This document shows, piece after piece, positions 38,375 to 47,600 of a DNA stretch of 64,000 bases. The translations under genes were made by a program, and so were the position numbers. The stretch lies in the IMG/VR virus record IMGVR_UViG_3300016472_000940, positions 57,025-121,024 of that record, one strand, 5' to 3'. The DNA comes from a virus. Positions within the stretch are counted from its first letter, which is position 1. Each line of letters opens with the position of its first letter. The notes beneath the pieces are model-generated. The model had not been told where the DNA came from. It worked only from the letters and a program-made list of their open reading frames with translations, and ran no database searches.

Positions 38375-39437
38375 AAGTCGGTGGTGCGTATTTTACGTAT
38401 TTATACGGTGATGATGGAGGATATACCTTAACAATAGTTTCTTGTGGAAAAGTATTAGTAAAACGCTTGGCCGCTTCCCTTGTTCTAAAGTATACATCTA
38501 CAATCGGACGTCCACCCCCGCTTGCTTTACGAGCTTTGACGGCACCTCCCGTGTCGACAGCTAATCTAGTACCAAGATTAGGTATAATTATACGACTTAA
38601 ATATGGTATTATGCACGGATCTACCGCCGCACTAATACCCTCGGCAAGTATACGCCCTGTCGAACTCATACCTAATGCTGTCCAAAAATCTGTACCAGGT
38701 CCCTCAGACCAATAAGCTGTCAGCCTAACAGGCAGATCAAAACCTTGGCTATTTCCCCCGCTGAACGCAGGTGAACCAAGTTGTTGCAGTGCCCCTTGAC
38801 CTGAATTATTAAAAGCAGCATTCAAGGCTTCGGCGTTTGCCATCTGTGTTGCTGTGGAGGCAATATTCTGTTGAGCGCTTGCAACAGTATTAGATATTTT
38901 ACTAGCTAACGCCTGTGGGTCTCTCAAATCTCTTATGTTTTTTGGTGTTAACTGTAATGCTTTATCTAAAGATCCTTGTAGTGCTTGCTGAATGGAACCA
39001 AACTGAGCACCTTGAGTAACACCGCTAAAAATTCCAGCCATTTGATTTGATGCTTGAGTAGAAAACGTATTAGCCGTTTGAAAAAGATCCTGTGATGTTT
39101 GAGCTAGCTGACCAACCGCATTAGCGCTAGGAAAATTTCCTAAAGTTTTACCTGCCGCAGCATTAATTAACCCTGTTGCTTGTTCTGTTACAGACGCGTT
39201 CAACTGACCTATACCATAATTAAGTTGTTGTTGAAAATTGGTTGGATTGATTAGTGCTTTGCTGCCCGACGAGTCTGTAGTAATAAAATTATCAGGTAGA
39301 AGGGAGTACGAGTTTTGGCTAAAGTCATCAAAATTAGGAATTGTAGTTAAATTTGCAACGTCATCTTGAGTCAACCCTTGTAATTTTTCTTGTAGCGCTT
39401 GCGTAGCTGCGGCTAAATCCTGTGCTTGGTAGTTCAC
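38361..39437 (-). CDS. Gln/Ala-rich protein with C-terminal 3D domain
   Basis: LTAYW...AAVDPCIIPY...AVDTGGAV...VDVYF; TAAATA at 39443-39448; coupled to the gp5-like gene. Confidence 0.7.
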   Translation of the reverse strand: MNYQAQDLAAATQALQEKLQGLTQDDVANLTTIPNFDDFSQNSYSLLPDNFITTDSSGSKALINPTNFQQQLNYGIGQLNASVTEQATGLINAAAGKTLGNFPSANAVGQLAQTSQDLFQTANTFSTQASNQMAGIFSGVTQGAQFGSIQQALQGSLDKALQLTPKNIRDLRDPQALASKISNTVASAQQNIASTATQMANAEALNAAFNNSGQGALQQLGSPAFSGGNSQGFDLPVRLTAYWSEGPGTDFWTALGMSSTGRILAEGISAAVDPCIIPYLSRIIIPNLGTRLAVDTGGAVKARKASGGGRPIVDVYFRTREAAKRFTNTFPQETIVKVYPPSSPYKYVKYAPPTYGAA

Positions 39438-39484
39438 ATTATTATTTAAATGGATTATACGGTTTTAACACGTATAATGAAGGT

Positions 39485-39907
39485 GTGAATACGTTTTTAC
39501 CTTATAGTGATTTTCATAAATCGGCTAAATCATTGGATAATAAGAGACTCGGAAAACAGCGGGTAGAAGTCATACAGATGCTAAACAAAATACACGGTTT
39601 TACAAAAGGCAGAGGCTGGACTAACCATCCATGTACAAAAATGTGGTCTAAACACCCTAACGCTTTAGTAAAATACGGTATTGCTGTATGTGAAGTGTGG
39701 AGATCGAGAGGGTTTAAGGACACTTGTTTAGAGAAAATTAGTAACTATCACAGATCAGATCTAACTAATGAAATGCCTGACTGGCTTGGTAGAGAAGACT
39801 TTCATACTTCACATAAATCCAATCTAATACAAAAATTTCCTGAGCATTACAGGCCTCAATTCAGTAATGTACCGGATAATCTGGAATATATTTGGCCGGT
39901 TATATAA
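39485..39907 (+). CDS. Pyrimidine-dimer DNA glycosylase family (DenV/MSMEG_6728-like)
   Basis: TFLPY..F..SA..LD.KRLGKQRVE..Q...GW.NHP...MW...SH.SNL..K.P.HY; GTG start follows a promoter at 39451-39478. Confidence 0.8.
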   Translation: MNTFLPYSDFHKSAKSLDNKRLGKQRVEVIQMLNKIHGFTKGRGWTNHPCTKMWSKHPNALVKYGIAVCEVWRSRGFKDTCLEKISNYHRSDLTNEMPDWLGREDFHTSHKSNLIQKFPEHYRPQFSNVPDNLEYIWPVI

Positions 39908-39908
39908 T

Positions 39909-40721
39909 ATGATAATGAAAGTTTCGCACGAAACTCCCATTTCACTATTAGATGTATCTCGTCAGTACAATGATTTTGATTATTGTTTGGTACATTTATT
40001 AGACCAATATCCGGAATATAAACAATTTTATGAAACAGCACGTACAGCGTACGATCGAGAAGTTTTATTAGATAATTCTATATTTGAATTAGGAAAAGCA
40101 TTTGACTCACAACAGTTCTATGAATCAACTCTCGACATAGAGCCAAATATGTTTATAGTTCCAGATGTATTAGAGGATATGTACGGTACAGTAGATAGCT
40201 TTAAAGCTTTTGAATCCAAGAAGAACGATATAAAAAATACGTTTCTTACTAAAGCTATAGGCGCTGTTCAAGGTAAGAACTGGCAAGAATTAAGGGAATG
40301 TTATAAGTTTATGGCTGAACGGGCTGATATGATAGCTATTAGCTTTGATTTTAGTTACTACCAACATACTGGCCAAGGCTGGCACCATCTAGAGAGATGG
40401 TGTTCCGGTCGACAGCGTTTTATTGAAGATTTAATAAATAATGGTGTATGGAGGTGGGATAAGCCGCATCACCTTTTAGGGTGTTCGCTTGCAAAGGAAT
40501 TTAGGTTCTATGTCGATAGAAACATTTACAATATTGTGTCTTGTGATACTAGCAATCCAATTGTTGCCGCTATTCATGGATTAAAGTATGATGCTGATTA
40601 CGGTCTTGATACCAAACCTTCAACTAAGTTAGCTGATTTAATTACACATAAATTTACAGAAGATCAGCTTGAACTTGTAAAATACAACACAGCAATGTTT
40701 AAAAAGATTATTCGTAGATGA
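39909..40721 (+). CDS. tRNA-guanine transglycosylase-like protein (DpdA3-like)
   Basis: LLDNSIFELG, PDVL, GAVQG, HHLLG, SCDTSNP: TGT barrel motifs; lies near queF. Confidence 0.7.
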   Translation: MIMKVSHETPISLLDVSRQYNDFDYCLVHLLDQYPEYKQFYETARTAYDREVLLDNSIFELGKAFDSQQFYESTLDIEPNMFIVPDVLEDMYGTVDSFKAFESKKNDIKNTFLTKAIGAVQGKNWQELRECYKFMAERADMIAISFDFSYYQHTGQGWHHLERWCSGRQRFIEDLINNGVWRWDKPHHLLGCSLAKEFRFYVDRNIYNIVSCDTSNPIVAAIHGLKYDADYGLDTKPSTKLADLITHKFTEDQLELVKYNTAMFKKIIRR

Positions 40722-41284
40722 GACCCTGGGTAGCTTTTTTTTCACAAACAGGAACAGAAATAAACAATCTTTCAAGAGAGCTAGGTCTATACCCTGAAGC
40801 TATAATTACTAATCGTCAAGACACGAACGGGGTTAACTCTGGTTTAATTAATACAACAGCATTTAGAACACACAAGCTTAACCGAACAATATGGCATACA
40901 CTACCGCAAAAGCCTGTACTCGAGTCTTATATGGAGGTCTTATCTAAATTTAGCAACCCGATTATAACGTTGCACGGCTACTTAAGAATAATACCAAAGG
41001 AAATTTGTGAAAAATATGAGATCTACAACCTACACCCTGGATTAATTACGAGATACCCAGAGCTTAAAGGGTTTAATCCACAAGAACGTGCATTTACGCA
41101 AGGCTATCATACCGCAGGGTGTGTTATTCACAAAGTTACACCTGGAGTCGACGAAGGCCCTATAGTAAGAGAGGGAGAGATTAGTATTGACAACTTAACG
41201 CTACCCGAGGTCTATAGCGACCTACATAAATTAGCATTTAAATTATGGAAAAGTTTCTTAACTGAGGATATAGCAATAGTATAA
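40718..41284 (+). CDS. PurN-like formyltransferase (DpdN-like)
   Basis: FFSQTGTE, LHGYLRII, YNLHPGL, GCVIHKVTPGVDEGPI. Confidence 0.8.
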   Translation: MRPWVAFFSQTGTEINNLSRELGLYPEAIITNRQDTNGVNSGLINTTAFRTHKLNRTIWHTLPQKPVLESYMEVLSKFSNPIITLHGYLRIIPKEICEKYEIYNLHPGLITRYPELKGFNPQERAFTQGYHTAGCVIHKVTPGVDEGPIVREGEISIDNLTLPEVYSDLHKLAFKLWKSFLTEDIAIV

Positions 41285-41285
41285 T

Positions 41286-42257
41286 ATGGACATTTCCTTA
41301 CACTACGAAAACGTTTATTTAAAACCTAATTTTAATACAGTTAGTACTCGATCTAGCATTGATACTGAAATTAATTTTTTAGGAAAAACTTTTAGTTTGC
41401 CTGTAATACCAGCAAATATGAAATGCTGTGTTGACTATGATGTGTGTAAGTTTTTAGACCTAAACAACTATTTTTATATTATGCATAGGTTTGATATAGA
41501 TATTATAAAATTTGTTGAGGAAGCCAACGATACCACCTGGATGAATAAGTTTAAAACCGTTTCTATTAGCCTAGGCATTCAACAAAAAGACGCTCAAATT
41601 GTTACTGATATAGCCTCACGCAAACTACATGTCGATTATATTACTATCGATGTTGCTCATGGACATCATTCAAAAGTTGCTAAGCAAATTGAACATATAA
41701 AAAATACTCTACCAACAGCGAAGATAATTGCTGGTAATGTAGCAACGTTTAGAGGTGTTGAATATTTAAATAATGCAGGGGCTGACGCTATTAAAGTTGG
41801 TATAGGCGGCGGCTATGCATGTACGACGAAGGACAAGACAGGGTTCACATATCCTATGTTTAGCTGTATCTTGGAGTGCACTAAGGACAGGAATATACCT
41901 ATAATTGCTGATGGCGGTATTCGATGTAACGGTGATATTGCTAAGGCTTTAGTCGCTGGTGCAACAATGGTAATGTGCGGTTCAATATTTGCTGCATGTA
42001 CAGATAGTCCAGCACCAACAGTCAAAGATTCTTCCGGTAGAAGGTACAAGCAATACTATGGTTCAGCCAGTATTCACAATAAGATGGATAAAAAGAACAT
42101 CGAAGGTACAATGAAGCTTATGGATACAGATAGCTTTACATACGAAGAAAAATTATTAGAAATTACTCAAGACCTACAGAGCGCTATTAGCTATGCAGGT
42201 GGTTGCAATTTAAAAGCACTAAACCTATATAATGTACAATACGGGGTAAGAATGTGA
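41286..42257 (+). CDS. guaC: GMP reductase
   Basis: PVIPANM, YIMHRF, ITIDVAHGH, IAGNVAT, KVGIGGGYACTT, IADGGIR, YYGSAS, LQSAISYAG; no CBS domains. Confidence 0.85.
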   Translation: MDISLHYENVYLKPNFNTVSTRSSIDTEINFLGKTFSLPVIPANMKCCVDYDVCKFLDLNNYFYIMHRFDIDIIKFVEEANDTTWMNKFKTVSISLGIQQKDAQIVTDIASRKLHVDYITIDVAHGHHSKVAKQIEHIKNTLPTAKIIAGNVATFRGVEYLNNAGADAIKVGIGGGYACTTKDKTGFTYPMFSCILECTKDRNIPIIADGGIRCNGDIAKALVAGATMVMCGSIFAACTDSPAPTVKDSSGRRYKQYYGSASIHNKMDKKNIEGTMKLMDTDSFTYEEKLLEITQDLQSAISYAGGCNLKALNLYNVQYGVRM

Positions 42258-42601
42258 ATCCTGATGATGTAGTAAAAGTAGTTGAGGGGTCATATCCAGA
42301 GACTTGCGAGGAATTTAAGAAAATACAAAAAGAACAATATGAAGTTTTTTGTAAGAAACAATATGATTACGGGCCGCATAATATTAGTCTAGGGTCAGAT
42401 TTACACAAAAGAGAAGACATTCAAGCTTCAGTTTCTGCAATAGTTGTTCGTCTTAACGATAAGATACAGAGACTTATAAATTTAGTTTTAAGAAAAAAGA
42501 CATTTGAGACAGCTAATGAGCCTATTTTTGATGCATTTTCAGATACTTCTGTATATTGTATTATTGCTGAAATAGTTAAACGAAAGAAGTGGTGCAAATG
42601 A
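42254..42601 (+). CDS. DUF1599 / nucleotide-modification-associated domain 1 protein
   Basis: F..KQYDYG..NI.....VRLNDKIQRL.NL......E...D...D...Y.II. Confidence 0.75.
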   Translation: MNPDDVVKVVEGSYPETCEEFKKIQKEQYEVFCKKQYDYGPHNISLGSDLHKREDIQASVSAIVVRLNDKIQRLINLVLRKKTFETANEPIFDAFSDTSVYCIIAEIVKRKKWCK

Positions 42602-42744
42602 AATGGACAGAAATTAAAAACCGTTGGGTTGATGATGAAAATCATCTTCTTAAAGGATACCCGACAAAAGAACTTAGTATTATTAATGTTAGTTGGTGGA
42701 AGTATTTTATATTGAAGGTAAAATCACTTTTTAAAAGGGATTGA
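42598..42744 (+). CDS. Small hypothetical protein (48 aa)
   Basis: Hand-translated MKWTEIKNRWVDDENHLLKGYPTKELSIINVSWWKYFILKVKSLFKRD; ATGA overlap with the upstream stop. Confidence 0.5.
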   Translation: MKWTEIKNRWVDDENHLLKGYPTKELSIINVSWWKYFILKVKSLFKRD

Positions 42745-42768
42745 CTTTAACGTACCGTATATTATAAT
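42741..42768 (+). promoter_or_regulatory. Sigma70-like promoter
   Basis: TTGACT-N16-TATAAT, 7 nt before ATG 42776. Confidence 0.7.
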
Positions 42769-42775
42769 TGGTTAT

Positions 42776-43363
42776 ATGGTGAATATAACTTTCACAGGTC
42801 CGCAGTGTTCAGGTAAAACTACTTTACTTAAGAAGATGAGGTATAGTGGAGGTATATTTGATAAGTTTTATTATATTGACGAAGTTACAAGAAAAATAAG
42901 GGACGAATGTAACGTACCTATTAATGAAGAGGGTGCAAATGATATAACTCAATTGTTAATTATAAACGAGGAACTAAAGAATTTGTTTAATTGTGGTTCT
43001 ATGGGAGATTGGTGTAGGGGCACTGTGCATGATAGGTGTTTGCTAGACGGGTTAGTCTTTACCGAATACTTTTATGACAATAAGCTAGTTAGTCAGCCGG
43101 TATGGGATCAGGCGTTGAGATATTGGTACAAGTTTTTCGGGAAGTATGATATTATATTCTATCCAAATCCGCATGATGTTGAATTAGAGGATGATGGTGA
43201 AAGAAGTATTGACGTAAAGTTTAGAAATGCAATTATTGACAAGTATGAAAATTATTATCTAAGTCAGTTTCAATGGAAAGATAAAGTACATATTTTAAAA
43301 GGAACAGTTGAAGAACGAATGGAACAGATTAAAATAGTCCTCAATGAACACAGTATTAGATAA
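42776..43363 (+). CDS. P-loop nucleotide kinase (AAA_28/NadR-like)
   Basis: ITFTGPQCSGKTTL, DRCLLD, YDIIFY, EDDGER, GTVEERM. Confidence 0.8.
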   Translation: MVNITFTGPQCSGKTTLLKKMRYSGGIFDKFYYIDEVTRKIRDECNVPINEEGANDITQLLIINEELKNLFNCGSMGDWCRGTVHDRCLLDGLVFTEYFYDNKLVSQPVWDQALRYWYKFFGKYDIIFYPNPHDVELEDDGERSIDVKFRNAIIDKYENYYLSQFQWKDKVHILKGTVEERMEQIKIVLNEHSIR

Positions 43364-44270
43364 TAGCAATATTTCCAAGCATCTTGGTAGAATAACCGGG
43401 TATAAATCCACATATGACCCGTCGTTATTAGTTCGCGAACCTAGAATTAACAATAGAAAGCATCTAGGAATTACAGATGACAGCGTAGATAGCCTGGTAC
43501 CGTTTTGCGGCTATGATATATGGAATGCTTATGAGGTTTCGTGCTTAACAAACGAAGGTATGCCCATTGCAGCAATAGCTAAGATTGTGTACCCTTGTAG
43601 AAACAGGTATATTGTTGAGTCAAAATCAATCAAGCTATACTTAAATTCATTCAATATGCAAAAGTTTAAAGGATCAATGTCACAAATTGTTGAGGAATTG
43701 CAGCGTACCATTGCAAAGGACTTATCTAATTTGCTTGAAACCGAGGTTAAGGTTCATGTTAAACCGACAAGAACGATTGTTGATAGTGTTTTTTACCCTC
43801 CTGTTTTTTCTAATAAAGACTATCCCACTCTAGAGAGTAATATTGATGTGACCATGATTGGCGCGCCCAATTATTCTGAAACACCAAGCCTATTAAGTGC
43901 AGTAGAAAGCACCGTGTCGACAGTCCAGCGGTTTCATTCAGCTTTATTAAAGTCTAACTGCCGGGTGACAAGCCAACCTGATTGGGGTGATATATATATT
44001 CATTACAAAGGTAAGTATGCTATAAACCCTACCTCATTATTGCAATATATAGTGTCCTTCCGTGATGAATGTCATTTTCATGAAGAAATTTGTGAGACCA
44101 TTTACATGCGCTTATTTGAAAAGTTTAATCCTGAGGAGCTCTTAGTTTCGTGTTTGTATGTGAGGCGTGGAGGTATAGATATTAACCCAACAAGAGCTAG
44201 TAACTATAGTCTTCTAGATAAATGCCTTATTGATGAAACAAAGTATTTTACTAAAACTGTAAGACAATAA
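43344..44270 (+). CDS. queF: NADPH-dependent preQ0 reductase QueF (long, bimodular type)
   Basis: YDPSLL, DIWNAYEVS, VESKSIKLYLNSF, LKSNCRVTSQPDWG, FHEEICE, YVRRGGIDINP. Confidence 0.92.
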   Translation: MNTVLDNSNISKHLGRITGYKSTYDPSLLVREPRINNRKHLGITDDSVDSLVPFCGYDIWNAYEVSCLTNEGMPIAAIAKIVYPCRNRYIVESKSIKLYLNSFNMQKFKGSMSQIVEELQRTIAKDLSNLLETEVKVHVKPTRTIVDSVFYPPVFSNKDYPTLESNIDVTMIGAPNYSETPSLLSAVESTVSTVQRFHSALLKSNCRVTSQPDWGDIYIHYKGKYAINPTSLLQYIVSFRDECHFHEEICETIYMRLFEKFNPEELLVSCLYVRRGGIDINPTRASNYSLLDKCLIDETKYFTKTVRQ

Positions 44271-44273
44271 CTG

Positions 44274-44639
44274 TTATTGCAATTTTAACAAATAACAAGT
44301 TTGGTTTAAAACACTTAACATCTCATCTCGGATATTCAATAAATCTGAATCAATTTGAGGGTTTAATTTACAAGTAAGTTCAGATAGGAAAGTCTTGTAC
44401 GTGTCCATAGCCGTACAAATATCTAATTCTTTAATATCAAATAGCTTTATATCGATATTACCATTGGAAAAACATGCCTCTTTTCTTCCTAACGCTGTTT
44501 CTACAAAAGTATCAATCAATCCGTCCAAAGACTCATAAGCTTTGCCTAGGGCCTTGTGTTGTGTGTAACTTTCTGTCTGCCAATGAAAAATACGCAATTG
44601 ATTTTGTATTTGTAATAGGTCTCTAACCGCATCGTGCAT
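44274..44639 (-). CDS. Ferritin/Dps-like four-helix protein (DUF5856-like)
   Basis: QLRIFHWQT.SY..HKAL...Y..L..LID.FVE...G...NIRDEML.....YLL. Confidence 0.7.
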   Translation of the reverse strand: MHDAVRDLLQIQNQLRIFHWQTESYTQHKALGKAYESLDGLIDTFVETALGRKEACFSNGNIDIKLFDIKELDICTAMDTYKTFLSELTCKLNPQIDSDLLNIRDEMLSVLNQTCYLLKLQ

Positions 44640-44693
44640 ATGATTATTTATTTGGTTTCTATTGATACTTTCTATTTTATCAATAAATAAAAC

Positions 44694-47600
44694 GTGAACC
44701 TGTATAACGTACTCTTAAACAATAAGATACCGTTTGTATTGCTAGAAAATAATGATTCTGAAAATGTTATATACTGTAAGTCATTTTCAGATTACCTGTT
44801 CAATGTTGGGACTTTTGTTACTAAAACTAAGGAAGTTATATTAGAATATGTCACGGAAGGTGAAGAAAAATATGTATTTGTAGATGTAGTACTAGAAAAT
44901 GGCGAATGCTTAAACAATGTTAAATTTAAAATTGTTATTGACGAGCACACCGAAACGCCATACTCCACCATTAATTTTGACTCGCCTGTCGATATAACTA
45001 GAGTTGAATTACCAATACAACAAAAACAAATAATTGAAGAATCTGATGAAGTTATAGAAGAGCCTGCACCAGCATATACATCCATACCGTTAATTGAAAC
45101 ACCGGATTACAGCGAAACTATTAATGAGGCATTAAAGCTACAAAGAAAACTTAACGAGGAAAAAGAAGAGATAAGAAAACAGAAGATATTACTAGAGAAA
45201 CAAAATATTGTTAAGCGTAAAATTGCTGAGTATAAGCAAGGATTGTTAGAAGATTATTTTAATGCGACAAAAAAACAAACTGAATTACTCGAAAATAATA
45301 TTAAAAATAGTATCGCTACGGCTGAATACGAATTAAATGAAAAAATTACCAATACGTTAAACGATTTAGGCTTTCAGCTTGAAGAATATAGAGAGAGAAC
45401 TAAAGAAGAGCAAATAAAAGTAGTATTAAAAAAACTCAATGAAACTGCTAGTTCAACAAAGGCGGAAATCGCAGATATAATTTCAAATCGATTTATTACC
45501 GAACATGATAACTTAGTAGGTACTTTATACGAAAAAATTAAACTTCTGGAAGAGACTTATCAAAAGAAATTAATTTTTGAATTAGAGCAGTATAAAGAGG
45601 AGCAAAACGAGATACTGAAGAATAGTATAAAGGAAGATATTACTGCAGCTGAGGAAAAGCTGAATGAAAAAATTACCAATACATTTAACGATTTGAATTT
45701 ACAGTTAGGTGAATACAACAAGAAAACTAAAGAAGAGCAAATACAAATAGTATTAGAAAAATTAGAAGAAAATGCTATAGCGACAAAAACAGAAATCACA
45801 GATATAATTTCAAATCAATTTATTACTGAACATGATAAACTAATTGAGATATTATTTGAAAAAACCGTATTACTTGAAGAGACTTATCAAAAGAAATTAA
45901 TTTTTGAATTAGAGCAGTATAAAGAAAAATTATTTGAGGAATATAAAGTCTTTTCATCAGAAATTGTAGAGCATACATTACAATCTAAAACCGATTCAAT
46001 CTATCAAGCTATCGACGAAGTTATAGATAAGAGACAAATAGAAATAAAAAATTATCATGATAAAAGATTAGATGAAACGAGACAAGAGATAGATGTCTTT
46101 AGTAAAGAAATTAAAGCATTTTCTGATCATTTAAAAGAATTAGAAGCTACATTTCAGGAATCAGAAGAAAAATTTAAAAGTATTTTAACAGAAAAAGAAG
46201 AGACAGTTACCAAAGTACTAGAGCAAAAAATTGCAAATTCAAAAACTGAATTTGATAATATTATCTCTGAATATACAAAGCGCTTACCTACAATTACAAG
46301 TAGTATTAATACCCTAGAGACTAAAGTAAAAACATTAATTGAAGAGAAAACTAAATTGTCTAAGGAAGATTTCTCTGCAACACAGCGAGAACATATTGCC
46401 AAGACTGCTCAGTATTGGGCTCGGAGAATTTTAGAATTAGGCGGGGGAGGCGGTAGTGTGGCCGTTCAATATGCCAAGGGCGGTACTATGGATGGTAACC
46501 TGTCTGTTAATAACCTGTACCCCAACAATAACAATGGAGAGATAGGATCTCCGTCAAACCGGTGGGATAGAATATATGCCAACCAAATTGATTCTTTGAG
46601 TTCCAACATTGTTGTAGAATTATCTGGATTTTTTGTAGATGGGGACTTCACAGTTAATGGAACCATTAGCGCTCTGGGGGGTAACAGCAATCAGTGGAAT
46701 AGTACCTATAATACCATGCAAGCGAATAGTGCGGGGTGGGAGAGTGTAGAAAGCACAGTATATGCAAATTCAGCTAAATGGGAATCTAATTACACCACTA
46801 CAAATACCTACAGCGGATTATGGCAATCTGTTTATACTACCGTAAGCGCGTTTTCTGCTAGTTGGGAGGAGTCAGCCGATATTACTGCTTTACAGAATAG
46901 TCTGACAAATGTAGCAGTAACCAGCGGTAACTGGAACAGTAACTATACAACTACTAATTCTAATTCAGCATTGTGGAGTAATTGGTCCACAGTAAGTGCT
47001 AGTTATGCGTTGGGTAGCCAGTATGTAAAATTATCTGGTGATACCATGACCGGTTCTCTGACGCTGTCCCCCACCGATACTGTACTGAATGCACCCGCAT
47101 CACTATTAGTAAATTCACTATCTTCTCAGAGAACTGCCCTCTCAATTGCACCGGTATGGAACAATTCAAACACTACATACACTGCTTTGTCTGTTAATGC
47201 TACAGATACGTCCAGCGACGCATCCAGTAAGTTAATGGATTTACAGGTGAATGGAGCAACAAAATTAAATATAGATAAAACCGGAACAATTTTTGTTAAA
47301 CGTGCAAATGACGGCACATCTGTATTAAGAGCTGTAGACTCTGATTCAGGTATTAGCTTAGAAGGCTCTACTGGAAGTGCAGTAGTTATTAGAAGGCTTG
47401 GAGGTGCAATAGCTAGATTTGATCAAAACGGACTAATGATTGGTGATCAAGGCGGCGTTGCAGGGTTTGGTATAGGTTCAAGCTATGTAGCAGATGATGT
47501 TCGTTTGTGTAGGGATGCTGCAAATATTTTTGGTCAAAGAAAAGGAACTAATGCTCAGACTTTTCGCCTTTACAACACCTACACGGACGCATCTAACTAC

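Noticed and set aside
40718-41284. De novo purine-synthesis auxiliary gene purN
   Set aside because: No other pur genes are present; its position between the TGT-like gene and queF favours a base-modifying formyltransferase.
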